Assembly: GCA_963716175.1 (NCBI GenBank) | Contig: OY970296.1 | Coordinates: 2,752,001-2,816,000, forward strand | Length of the DNA: 64,000 bases | Direction: 5' to 3' | Source of the DNA: an uncultured Armatimonadetes bacterium | Lineage (GTDB): Bacteria > Armatimonadota > Hebobacteria > Hebobacterales > Hebobacteraceae | Shown: piece after piece, positions 51,363 to 62,011 of the stretch | How the letters are laid out: each line of letters begins with the position of its first letter | Position numbering within the stretch: the first letter of the stretch is position 1 | Notes under the pieces: generated by a model | What the model saw: the letters and a program-made list of their open reading frames with translations, nothing else | Databases searched by the model: none | What the model was told of the DNA's origin: nothing | Position numbers and translations under genes: made by a program

Positions 51363-51643
51363 TGATGCTGCGTGATGGGGACGAAGAGGAATGAGAATAC
51401 GATGCATCCGGTTGTGGTGGTCATCTTGCCCTGAGACCGTTGCACCCTTGCTCTGAACATATCTCCTGGTGTAGTGTGGGCACTCCATTGCGCCGGAGGA
51501 TGAACCCACGTGTGGTGGCCAGACTGCGACGGGGCTGTTCACAGTGGAGCGGCAAGATGCTGTCGCCCCAGGGCTTCTGGCCCGTTCTGACGGTGCAGAT
51601 CAGTTTCGGAACACTGCCTGCACATCCTTGCGCTCTGACCCCC

Positions 51644-51955
51644 TCAGAGCAACTCCCGCGCCGGAAGGCTGAACACCTTCAGGCCCAGAGTGTGTTGCTG
51701 CCGGCTGCTATGCAGCGCCGTCAGCGTCTCCAGTACGGGCCCGACCTGCACTTGGTGAACGCACGCGTAGATCATGGTGCAGTCCCCTGGCCAGACCGGT
51801 GTCCCTTCGTGCCGTCCGGTCTCGCCGCACCCGGTGACCCCCCGGTGGATCGTATAGCGGTCCACGCCCGCAGCCTGGATGCGTCGGAGCACTTCATTGC
51901 ACGTTCCGCTCTCGCAGATGATGATCAGGAACTCCCTGTCTCTATCCTCTGGCAT
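51644..51955 (-). CDS. PII-like (PG0541-type) protein
   Basis: YTIHRGVTGCGETGRHEGTPVWPG. Confidence 0.75.
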   Translation of the reverse strand: MPEDRDREFLIIICESGTCNEVLRRIQAAGVDRYTIHRGVTGCGETGRHEGTPVWPGDCTMIYACVHQVQVGPVLETLTALHSSRQQHTLGLKVFSLPARELL

Positions 51956-52191
51956 CTTCTCTCGCCTCCCTGGCGTCGGCGCTGCCGGCCAGCCGCTCTT
52001 TCCCAGACTGAAGCGCGAGCCGCCAAGCAATGCGACGCTCAGTGGCCGTACCGTCTGAAGTGCCCAAGAGCCGCTGAGACCGTGCTTCTGGGCCCCCAGC
52101 ATTCGTCTCGGCGATTCTGCGGCAGGAACGCGGCCGCTTTCGACTCCGGATCACAGCATGAAGAGCGACGTGCCCTTCGGCCCCCGCCGGC

Positions 52192-52431
52192 CTAAGCGGG
52201 CGGGGGATTGGCGGGCGCGTAGCTGCGGCAATAGGTGCTTGCGGATGCGTAGGTCGGGTAGTGAGATTCGCCCGGCGCGATGGGCCGGTTGACGGCTTTG
52301 CAGAGCGAGACCCTAACGTCGTAATGGGCGCAGTCCGTGCAACGCCGCAGCACCGTCCGACAGCTGGAGCAGGTGGCAGTCTTCTCGTCCGCGCTCTGCA
52401 CCTCTTTGCACTTCGGGCAGGTGATCCTCAT
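52192..52431 (-). CDS. Small Cys-rich zinc-binding protein
   Basis: CPKC, CSSC, CTDC plus two further Cys; GAGAGG RBS. Confidence 0.65.
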   Translation of the reverse strand: MRITCPKCKEVQSADEKTATCSSCRTVLRRCTDCAHYDVRVSLCKAVNRPIAPGESHYPTYASASTYCRSYAPANPPPA

Positions 52432-52853
52432 CTGCTCTCACCTCTCTCTCATCGCATGGGCTGGTTACATCGAATCGGCACTGTCATTCTCCCAGGCCTT
52501 AAGCAGAGACTCGGTCCTTACCATGCCATGCCAGCAGTCCAGGAAGGCGGGTTCCCGCAGCCGAGCGACGAGTGTGCCAGTACCTCGCTATTGAGCCGCC
52601 CAGAGGCGACTCCGTTGCTGACGAGCCTTGGGGGACGGCGGCCACCGTGGCGGCAGGAAAGGCCACATGGGCCACGAGCCGGATGAGAAGACGAAACCAA
52701 CGCAAGAGATCATGGGGCCGACGGGACTGAAGAAGGTCGACGCGTCTCTGACCCGGCTGCCGTGCAGGTCTCATGCCACGTCTCCAAGGATCGGCTGGCC
52801 TGCTCAGCGGGGTGACTCAGAGGTACCACAGAACGACGTGCATCCGCCCTTAG

Positions 52854-52999
52854 TGTACCAGAAATAGGCCGTGGCACAAGCGGCATTCCCTGGTGTAGCG
52901 TCGGCTTCGGTTCCGCACTAGGGTGAGCCCGCGTGCGGGTGTCGAGCGCGCGTGAGACCGCTTTGAGGGCACTCTGGGGCACGGATGAGTTTCTGGACA
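52854..52999. mobile_element. MITE-like unit with R-type ends
   Basis: TGTACCAGAAA ... TTTCTGGACA imperfect terminal IR; no clear TSD. Confidence 0.5.
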
Positions 53000-53190
53000 C
53001 CACGCGTTTTCATAGATGCCGTTCCGGGCCCATCAGAACAGGGGCGGAACAGTCCTGTGGCGCTCGGTCCGTGTCAGGCGGGCCAGCATAGGCTGGCGCT
53101 GGCAGATCGGCGACTCCTCGGCTGGAGGAGCCTGTCCCTGGGGTGAGTGCTGAGCATGGGCTGGCAACTGCGCCCGCGGCCTGATTCCTG

Positions 53191-53523
53191 AACTGGCCCC
53201 AGGGGCCTCGCGCCAGGCGGTAGGGGCCTGGGCAAGCGAATCGGGCTTGACAGGCGCGGGTGCAGGTAGTAGCGTGAGTCTGGCCTGATGCAGGCAGGTT
53301 GGCGGCCCATGGGTGAGTCGGCGGCCTTGCTGGTTGTGTTTGCGAGGGCCTCTTTGGCAGAAGAAGGCGCGCGTGAGCGCGCCTTTTTGCATGGCCGGAC
53401 GAAATCGGATCTGCTCAAGAGACATAGCGATGAGCGGGGAGGAGGTGTAGCAGGGAGAGGAGAGGATTGGCCTTGATCGTCTGACCTGGCTGGGAAGGTA
53501 CGAGACCTTTTGCAGGGAGGAGT
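53191..53523 (+). promoter_or_regulatory. Conserved prepilin promoter/leader, copy 1
   Basis: TTGACA(53247)-17-TAGCGT; terminator-like hairpin 53364-53388; 15 mismatches to 61676-62008. Confidence 0.8.
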
Positions 53524-53526
53524 GTG

Positions 53527-54558
53527 ATGACAGGAAGAGGGAGAGGATTCACGCTGATCGAGTTGCTGGTCGTGATCGCGATCATTGCGATCCTCGCAGC
53601 CATGCTGTTCCCAGTGTTTGCGCGAGCGCGCGAGTCGGCTCGCAAGATCCAGTGCTTATCGAACGTGAAGAACATCGCCATGGCGTTCCAGATGTACCTC
53701 ACCGACTTCGAGCGGCTGCCGCCCAGTGAGCACAGTGCCGAGGCTAGAGCGTGGGTCGACGACTATTGCAGCCCAGACTGTGACCAGGCTTTGCTGTGCC
53801 GCATGACCGCGGCAAACCCTTATCTGCGGATGCCGGTGATCCTGGACGAGTACGTCAAGAACCGCGACGTATGGCGGTGCTCGAGCGCGAAGTTTGTGAA
53901 CAGCACAATCGCTATCAATACCGGCATGCCTACTTGGATGGCGTACTTCGCCAGGGGCATGGCCGACGACATGTGCCCCAGGCCCAGGCCGTGCACGAAT
54001 GTGTTCCCCCCTGGATGGGGTGGTCTCGCCACCGACACCCTCGCGCAGGGCTGGGACAACGGCTGTGGACTCGGCAGCGGGGCCTTTGACCAGAGCCTCG
54101 CCACTCCGTACTACGACCGCGACCTGAAGATGAATCAGATCGATGACGTGACGAAGCGGGTGGTCGTCGGGGACGGAGGCGTGGACCTCGAACCCTGGCG
54201 CACCTCCGGGTTCGCCTATCCCGATTACTCTCGATTTGATCAGCTCCTCCCCGCCTGCGGCAGCAGCGGCAACTGCTCGACTGACCCGTCCTGTGGCAAC
54301 GCCGCGGTGGCCGCGACCTGTAGCCCCCTGAGCCTGTGTTTTGACGGCGATGGAAAATTCGGATGGGATGCAAACTACAGACAGACCTTTGCCCGCCACA
54401 TGGGCGGCTCCAACCTCGGCTTCGCCGATGGCCACGCCGGGTGGTTCCCCGCTGAGAAGATCCTCTTCGGCGGCTGGAACAACTCGGGCTATGCCACGGT
54501 GCCGTTGGTGTTCGAGGGTTTGGAGTGCTGCTTCTTCCCGACCGACCAGCCCAGATAA
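53527..54558 (+). CDS. Prepilin N-methylation / DUF1559 / H-X9-DG protein
   Basis: [33 protein letters not shown]; [14 protein letters not shown]. Confidence 0.95.
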   Translation: MTGRGRGFTLIELLVVIAIIAILAAMLFPVFARARESARKIQCLSNVKNIAMAFQMYLTDFERLPPSEHSAEARAWVDDYCSPDCDQALLCRMTAANPYLRMPVILDEYVKNRDVWRCSSAKFVNSTIAINTGMPTWMAYFARGMADDMCPRPRPCTNVFPPGWGGLATDTLAQGWDNGCGLGSGAFDQSLATPYYDRDLKMNQIDDVTKRVVVGDGGVDLEPWRTSGFAYPDYSRFDQLLPACGSSGNCSTDPSCGNAAVAATCSPLSLCFDGDGKFGWDANYRQTFARHMGGSNLGFADGHAGWFPAEKILFGGWNNSGYATVPLVFEGLECCFFPTDQPR

Positions 54559-54702
54559 CATTCGCGGTCGGAGCGCCCCCGGGCGCTCCGACGTGATGAA
54601 GGACCCTGCCGTGGAGACGCACTACCCATCAGTGCGCCGTGCCCGCCTTTGCCAAGGCGGGTAAGCTTGTCGGCCGGGGATGGACATGAGCAAAGCTGCG
54701 GG

Positions 54703-56284
54703 TGTCAAATGGCGATGGGACATCCCTGAGCGGCTTCTGGGCTTGCGTGGTAGGCGGGGTCGGTCTATGGTGTGGGACCTTTCAGCACCTCTTCGGGCGG
54801 AACGGACGGCGCTGTGCCGCTACGCGTCGGGCTGCTACTTCCCGCTTGTCGCGATAGGACAGCCGTTTCTCGCGTCATAACATTGGTTCGCGCGCGGCGA
54901 GTCTCAGTGTCGGACAGGCACGCAGCCAGCTCATCCTCCCATACGGCGAAAGCGTTCTTTGGGCCGACTACCAGAAGGCGTGTACTGCGGATGGGCTGCC
55001 CTACGGTCTTCAGCACTCGGAGTCGAATGCCCGAAATATCTGTAGGCGTTCGCCAAGCTCACGTATCTCTTGGTCGAGCTGGATATCGAAGGCACTGCCA
55101 ATCGTCCCAAGATGCACGAGCAGGAGGGCACACGCGGTTCCCACGGCGCGGAATGCAGCTTGCCAACTCGGTCCAAACCACACGGCAACCGGCGCGGTGT
55201 CAGTCGGCGACGCCTTGACCAGGTAACGCGCTAGTGCTATGGGAGCTGCATGAACGCCTGGGCAGAGCTTCCGATAGACACCGTACCAGATGTCCGCCTC
55301 AAGCTCGGACAGTTTCACACGCTCCTCCATCTTGATATCTCTCCAGTACCTACGCTTGCCCCTATGCTTGCCACGCTGCTGCCATGCGAGGGGGTCATCC
55401 GGAGTGGGCACGCCCACAATGTCGGTCGGCCGTAGTGGCAGTTCCCCACGACCCTGTTTCTTCTCTTCGGGCATGTCTATCTGCCGCTCGATCTCTTCGA
55501 TGTAAAGGTATAACGCCGTGCGGTTGTTCCTGACTGCACGCGCGTTCACAACCGCCTCCATCATTTGACGCAATAGGACATCCGCCTCCAAACCCCATCC
55601 CTCGCGGCAAAGAACAACCGCCCCCTCGAAGGAGCCATGGATCACTGAAGTCAAGTTCTGCAGAATCACACCGAGGATTGCATCCATGCTTCCGGGCGGG
55701 AACTGCTGCGGCATGGCATCGATGGCAAAGCGCAGCACGGCGCGGGATTCAGTCGCGACCGCGAGCGCGCTGTCGATCTCCGCCGAGTCTCTTGCTTCGT
55801 CAGGAGCATTCTGCGACATGCGAGTGCCCAGGTGAGTACCTGCATTCCGTGGAGCAAGAGCCTGCCCCTGCCAGCGCGCATCCCTGCGCCCTGCTGGCCT
55901 TCCGAGATCTCCAGCGCCAGAGCCAGGCGGCGCGATTCACCTGTCTTGACCTTCGCTCTCTGCGCCTCCCCCCGGGGCAGTCACAATCACCGCAGCCGCT
56001 TTCGGTTCCCTGCCGTCCTCACCGCGGAGCAGGATGCGGCTATCAAGTGCGCTTGGGACACAGGCGGGGGGACCAAGCCAACGCTCTCCATCTGATCGAC
56101 GGTGGCACAACACCGGGGATGGCCGGGACGGGAACGGCCCCGGCTCACAGGATTGCCAAGCAGACACACTCTCCACCGTAGACAGGCGCCCGAAGGCGCC
56201 GCCCAAAGGTCTCATATGGTAGAATGATCCTCGCCCGCGCACAAGCTCAGGAGCCCCTCAGGGGTGTCCCATCGCTACTTGACA
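54703..56284. mobile_element. Non-autonomous unit bounded by ~100-bp inverted end modules
   Basis: TGTCAAATGGCGATGGGACATCCCTGAG.. versus revcomp TGTCAAGTAGCGATGGGACACCCCTGAG.. Confidence 0.6.
55010..55819 (-). CDS. DUF5677-like helical protein
   Basis: LLRQMMEAVVN, W, YRKLCPGVH pattern; lower GC. Confidence 0.6.
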   Translation of the reverse strand: MSQNAPDEARDSAEIDSALAVATESRAVLRFAIDAMPQQFPPGSMDAILGVILQNLTSVIHGSFEGAVVLCREGWGLEADVLLRQMMEAVVNARAVRNNRTALYLYIEEIERQIDMPEEKKQGRGELPLRPTDIVGVPTPDDPLAWQQRGKHRGKRRYWRDIKMEERVKLSELEADIWYGVYRKLCPGVHAAPIALARYLVKASPTDTAPVAVWFGPSWQAAFRAVGTACALLLVHLGTIGSAFDIQLDQEIRELGERLQIFRAFDSEC

Positions 56285-56419
56285 CCGACACGGTGGGCCG
56301 CGATCGCTCCTTCCGGGTACACGACGGCCCAGCGTCGATGGCGGCAGTATGACCGCCACTCCTGTGAACCAATGTCCTAAGCCAGGTCGGCCGTCCGAAA
56401 CAGCCTAGGACGTTCTCGG

Positions 56420-59094
56420 TCACTGGTTCTGCAGATCGTCCCGCAGCAGCTGAAGCGCGCGTGAGAAGACGCTACGGGTGATGTGCCAGACCCTGGGCCA
56501 CTCCCCAGGTCCGACTGGATATGGGAAGCCCAGACGCTTAAGCTCTGCGATTGCACGCGAGCCGCCCTCATCTGGTGGGTGCGTAGGTGGCAGATTGCGC
56601 AGATGCTGCACTCTCCGCATTGCGGCCACCGCCTCAGTGCCGTGCGAGTACCCCAGGTGCTGGACATAGGCCTCCAGAATACTGAGGGTGTGTCCGGCCT
56701 TGATGACATCAGCCACGTCGCTCGGCAGCTCCGCCCGCATCGCTCGCTCGTTGAGCTTCGCCATCAACTCCGCGATTCCCATCACTCGGCTGTGGTAGTC
56801 AGGATGGTGTCCCGTTCATAGTTGAAGGTTGAGGCGGCTCTCTCCAGCCCGGTTCTGATAGAATCGGGTAACCCAAAGCTTGAAAAGGAGAGAACCGCCG
56901 TGAGAAGAGAGTATCAGGTTGTGGGTCGCAAGGGTAGTGCCGCGCTGCGCCAGTTTCTGGCGAGGGAGGGGGCGGCGCTGGTGCCGATGATGGAACTGCT
57001 GGAGGCGGGGCAACTCGCCGTGGAAGAGCTAGTGGGGGAGATGGGAAAGGCGGCGCTGGAGGCGGTGCTGCTGATCTCAGCCGAAGAGGTGGCGGGGCCG
57101 GCGCATCCGGGCCGGCCGGGCGGGGTGATCCGGCGCCATGGCGAGCAAGGCGGGATAGTCGCGCTGGGGGGCCAGAAGGTGCGGGTGAGCAAGCCGCGGT
57201 TGCGCCGGAAGGGCGGCGGGGAGGGGGCTGAGGTGGCGGTGCCGGCTTATGCCGCGATGCAGTCCGATGAGAGGCTGCGGGAGCGGATGCTGTCGATTGT
57301 GATGCGAGGGGTGAGCACGCGCCATTACCAGGAGGTGGTGCCGGAGCTGGCGGAGCGCTGCGGGGTATCGCGCTCGGCGGTGAGCCGGCAGCTGCAAGAG
57401 GCGAGTGCGGAGGCGCTGCGGGAGCTGTGCGAGCGGCGCTTCGATGACCTTGACCTGTTGGTGATCTACCTGGACGGCAAGCACTTCGGGGGCCACCAGG
57501 TGGTGAGTGCCATCGGAGTGGACGCAGCGGGCTGCAAACACGTCCTGGGCCTCACCGAGGGGGCCACGGAGAACGCGGTGGTAGTGAAGGGACTGCTGGA
57601 GGAGCTGGTGGAGCGAGGGGTGCGCCCGGAGCGCAGACGGCTGTTGGTGATTGATGGCTCGAAGGCGTTGCGCAAGGCGATTGATGATGTCTTCGGCAAG
57701 CAGCATCCGGTGCAGCGCTGCCAGGCGCACAAGCGCCGGAACGTGCTGGGCTACCTGCCCAAAGAGATGCAGGGGCAGGTGGCGGCGGCGCTGCGGGCGG
57801 CGTGGAAGCTGGAGCCCAAGGAAGGGATGGCGCGGCTGCACACCCAGATCGAGTGGCTGGAGCGAACTCATCCCAAGGCCGCGGCCAGCCTGCGGGAGGG
57901 CTTGGAGGAGACCTTCACCATCGCCCGACTGGGGCTGTCGCCGATGCTGCGCACCTGCCTGACCACCACCAACATCATCGAGAGCTCGCTCTCGGGGGTG
58001 GAGGGTCGCACCGGCCGCGTCACCCGCTGGCGCTCGGGAGAGATGGCCTTGCGCTGGGCCGGGGCGGCCGCGCTGGAGACCGAGCGCAGCTTCCGCAAGA
58101 TCATGGGGCACAAGGGCCTCTGGATGCTGAAGGCCGTGCTGGACGAAGGCCAGTCGCTTAGCGACCGGTCGCAGATCTCAGTTGACGAGGGCCGTGTCGC
58201 GGCCTAAGATACGCGAGAGGGACCGCCCAACCTTACACTACGGGCGGGACATAATCGGTAGTCAGCGCCGTCGGTGCAGTCCCCGCGCAGGCGTTTTAGA
58301 GGCCCAAATGAGACCAAGTCGAACAGCCTGAACCGGTGCACCCTCTCCCACTCGACGTTCAGCGCCGACAGCAGATCCTCCACATCGATGTCTCCCGTCG
58401 CCTGTCTCGACGTCGGGCTCTCGATCAGCTGGGGCTCAAAGCATATCGGAGCACCTGGTCCCGCGCGGCATCGGTAGGGAATGAGTGCACCCGGATCCTT
58501 TCCCAGTTCACAGAGGCCGCTACACTCACGCCGGTGAAGGCCTGCCTGGTCCGTCGCGATAGGGTGGGTCTTGAGGTGACGAACGTGAGCGCACCTCTCC
58601 CAAGGGTCAGGTACAGCGCATGTGCCGCAGACAGCCAGGGTCGTCTCGGGCGTCCCCTTCGAGTCCAACGGGCAGATGAGATCGCCATTGGACTGCTTGC
58701 GGAAATCACATGTTCGCGGTAGGCACCCGACGAGCAGCTCTCCCTTATCGGAGGTGATCATGCAATCGCTGTCTGAGACGGAGCCGGAGTCGAGTTCGAG
58801 TATTGTCTGCTTCACAGCGTATTGTCGAAGCGCGCGGGACCACTTCACACTAAGTGTCTCATCCTCAGGCTGTGACCCAGCCTTCAGGCTCTCACCCAGT
58901 TCCCAACTAGTCAGGAACCACTTCGTGGCCAACCCCTGGGAAGCTGCCGGTGAACTTACTTCCAGGACGAAGCTGAGCCAGAGAAGTTTCCGTAGATGTC
59001 GCGGCTGATCGACCTGGCCTCGAACGGAGTACTCGCGGCCGTCTGCCGTCAGGTATCTGAACTCAACTGCACAGGAAAGGCTCGCCGGATTCAT
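56420..59094 (-). pseudogene. Cys-rich hypothetical gene (403 aa when rejoined) interrupted by IS256
   Basis: Removing the IS and one TSD restores ..CTDGADY-HSRVMGIAELM.. in frame. Confidence 0.8.
56803..58256 (+). mobile_element. IS256-family element with 9-bp TSD GGTAGTCAG (transposase ~56899-58207)
   Basis: GVSTR, IYLDG, VIDGSK, QRCQAHK, TTNIIES; IR GATGGTGTCCCG/GATTATGTCCCG; TSD 56794-56802 and 58257-58265. Confidence 0.95.
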
Positions 59095-59178
59095 ATCGCC
59101 CTAAGCTAGGCTTCTGTTCTGGTGATGTCAGTTCGTTAGGTCACGGTCGCCTCCTTCCCTCATCACTGGGATCACGGC

Positions 59179-60277
59179 TGTCAGTGTCGGCCGCCGGGCT
59201 AGACTGTACCACGCGTAGTCGCCCCATGTGTACCACCTGATCGCCGGGGGTGGGTACCACCTCACAGTCGGGGGGTGGGTACCACCCCGCCGGCGCCAGC
59301 TGGGTCGTTGCCACAAGGCATTCCCTCCTGACCGATTCCTCGGTCGGGAGGAGATATGGAGCGACTCAGCGTGCATCTCATCGTGGACATCCCACGGCCG
59401 GCTCCGAAGGAACGGCCGGAGCCGGTATGTATCGGTTGCGCGCCGGCCAGTCGGTGCGCGCCATCTGTCGGGACCTGAGACATTCGCGTCGTACGGTCCG
59501 CCGCTACCGGAAGCTGGCGGCGGCGAAAGGCTATCTGGACCCTTCCCGGCCCTTGCCGGAGGCCGCGGAGGTGCTCGCTGGCCTGGGGCCGGTCTGCTCG
59601 CCGCCGAGCAGTAATGTCTCGAGTGTGGAGCCCTATCGAGAGGTGGTGCAGAGCCTGCTGGATCAGGGGATCGAGATGGTGGCGATCCACCAGCGGTTAG
59701 TGCGCCACCACGGCTACTGCGGCTCGTACAGCTCGGTGCGCGGCTTCGTGCATCACCTCCGGCCCCGCGGCAAGGAGGCGGTGGTGCGCCTGGAGATGCC
59801 CCCAGGCCAGTGCGCCCAGGTGGACTTCGGGGGCGCGGGCAAGCTGCGAGACCCCGCCACGGGGCGGCTGCGGCAAGCCTACTGCTTCGTGATGACGCTG
59901 TGCTACTCCCGGCACCAGTACGTGGAGTTCGTCTTCGATCAGAGGATGGAGACCTGGATCGGCTGCCATCAGCGCGCCTTCGAGAGTTTCGGAGGCGTGC
60001 CCAGGGAGCTGGTCATCGACAATGCGCCGGAGGCGCACAAGTCTCAAGGCCGCGGTGCTGCGGGCGGCGCTGGAGGACCAGAAGCTGGCCGAGCCCTACC
60101 GGAAGCTGGCTCAGCACTACGGCCTCCTGGTGCACCCCTGCCGCCCGCGCTCGCCCCAGCACAAGGGGATCGCGGAGAATGGCGTGCATTACGTGCAGCG
60201 GAATCTGCTCGCCACGGAGCAGCCCGGGGATCTCGCCGAAGCGAATCGCGCCGCGCGCAGCTGGGTCATGGTGCCTG
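59179..60277 (+). mobile_element. istA: Truncated IS21 (left end plus damaged istA)
   Basis: TGTCAG end, four GTACCAC repeats; PGQCAQVDFG, FGGVP, DN/LKAAV, KGIAEN. Confidence 0.88.
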
Positions 60278-61670
60278 TGTCGGGGCCCTATAATACCGCC
60301 ACGACAGGGGTTTCCTCAAGTGCCCATGCCGTAGCCTTTCCTCAGGCAGCTAGCTCATAGACGGTGATCCGCTGCTCAGGGAAGTGCCGCAGCCGGATCG
60401 GGTGCCGTAGCGTTTTCGCCGAGCGGTCGGGCTTCTGCCAGTTGCCTGCTTCGTAGATCATCGAAGGAGTCGCACCGCCCAACCGCCGATGGCATCGGTG
60501 TTGGTTGTAGTACACCTCGAAGTCCATCAGCAGTTCGCCCAGGTGATCCAATCCCCGGATGAGGGGCACCCGCGCCAGCCACTCCCGCTTGAGGGTCCAG
60601 ATGAGACGTTCCGTCACCGCGATAGAACCATGCTTGCCCACTGCGCCGAGGCGGTGCTTGATGTCCCAGTCCCGGAGCAGCTTGGCGAATCCCTCGGCTG
60701 TGAAGATGCCCTCCTGGTCGCTGACCAGATGCTTAGGGGGCCCGTGGTGCAGGAAGGCCTCTTCCAGCACCTCAACCACCCAGCTGGCATTGGAACCTTC
60801 AAGCGGGACGACGGCCATCACCGCCCGGGAGAAGTGATCAATGGCTACCAATACCCAGGTGGGCCAGACCCCCCAGAGCCACACCCGGGTGCGGTCCACC
60901 GACCATACGTGGTTGGGATAGCGGGCGATGGTCTGCCTGGGCTCTCCAGGTTCCTTCGCCTGGGCCGGCGTTGGAGTCGAGGCCTCGGGCCTGGGACGGA
61001 GGAGGATGTCCCGAACAGTGGTCGCCGAGATGAACACTCCCAGCGCCCACAGCGTCATCGCCGTCCGATGCCGGCCCCACATGGGGTTGCGCGTGAAGAT
61101 GTCCCAGATGAGCTCTGCGATCTCCCTGGGCGTCTTGGTGACGGGTTCGGCAGCCCTAATGCGACCTCCAACCTTGCCTTCTTGGAATGCCTTGAGCCAG
61201 CGCTGAACGCTTGAGGGCGCTACCCCGAAGGTCTCCTTCACCCTCCGCTTCGGGATCTGGTAATACTCGATCAGCCAGAGCAGGCGCAGCCGGTCCACAA
61301 GAGGATAGGGCCGTCGGGGCCTTTCTTCCCCCAGCCGCTTCGCCATTGCCTCCAGACGTGCATCCCGAAACGCCACCGCATCCTCCAGCACCATCACGCG
61401 TGCCTCCAGCTGTGCCACTCGTCCCGCCTCCCCGCGGGCGCAGGCCCGTTCCAGGCTGAGACCTCTACTGCGGGCCGCCCACCGGGCGCTTACCACCAGA
61501 GCACGCACGATCAACGACACCGACGCCTCATAGATCTCCGCCGAGCTGACTCCCACAGAAAGAGAGAACGGCGCCCGAAGGCGCCGCCCACCGGTCCCAG
61601 ATCATACTGGAAGGAAGTCAACCGAGACAAGCCCGAGACGCTCTCAGGGCGGTCCTAAGGGCCGCCAACA
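60278..61670 (-). mobile_element. Unclassified rve/DDE transposase element (CDS 60342-61556)
   Basis: PNHVWSVD, IDHFSR, SDQEG, ERLIWTLKRE, YNQHRCH; TGT..ACA ends with imperfect IR. Confidence 0.85.
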
Positions 61671-61675
61671 CCCGC

Positions 61676-62008
61676 AACTGGCCCCAGGGTCCTCGCGCCA
61701 GGCGGTAGGGGCTTGGGCAAGCGGATTGGTCTTGACAGGCGCGGGTGCAGATAGTAGCGTGAGTCTGGCCTGATGCAGGCAGGTTGGCGGCCCATGGGTG
61801 AGTCGGTGGCCTCGCTGGTTGTGTTTGCCAGGGCCTCTTTGGCAGAAGAAGGCGCGCGTGAGCGCGCCTTTTTGCATGGCCGGACGAAACCGCATCTGCT
61901 CAAGAGACATAGCGATGAGCCGGGAGGAGGTGTAGCAGGGAGAGGAGAGGATTGGCCTTAATCGTCTGACCTGGCCGGGAAGGTACGAGACCCTTTGCAG
62001 GGAGGAGT
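61676..62008 (+). promoter_or_regulatory. Conserved prepilin promoter/leader, copy 2
   Basis: Colinear with 53191-53523, no indels. Confidence 0.8.
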
Positions 62009-62011
62009 GTG

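Noticed and set aside
53272-53420. c-di-AMP (ydaO) riboswitch or hammerhead in the prepilin leader
   Set aside because: GGGTGAGTC resembles ydaO but the 3' CCCGAACCCG..AGCUAAC is missing; no CUGAUGA core
53033-61961. Duplicated minus-strand ORFs 53033-53425 and 61644-61910 as genes
   Set aside because: By-products of the duplicated leader; different ends and no coding signature
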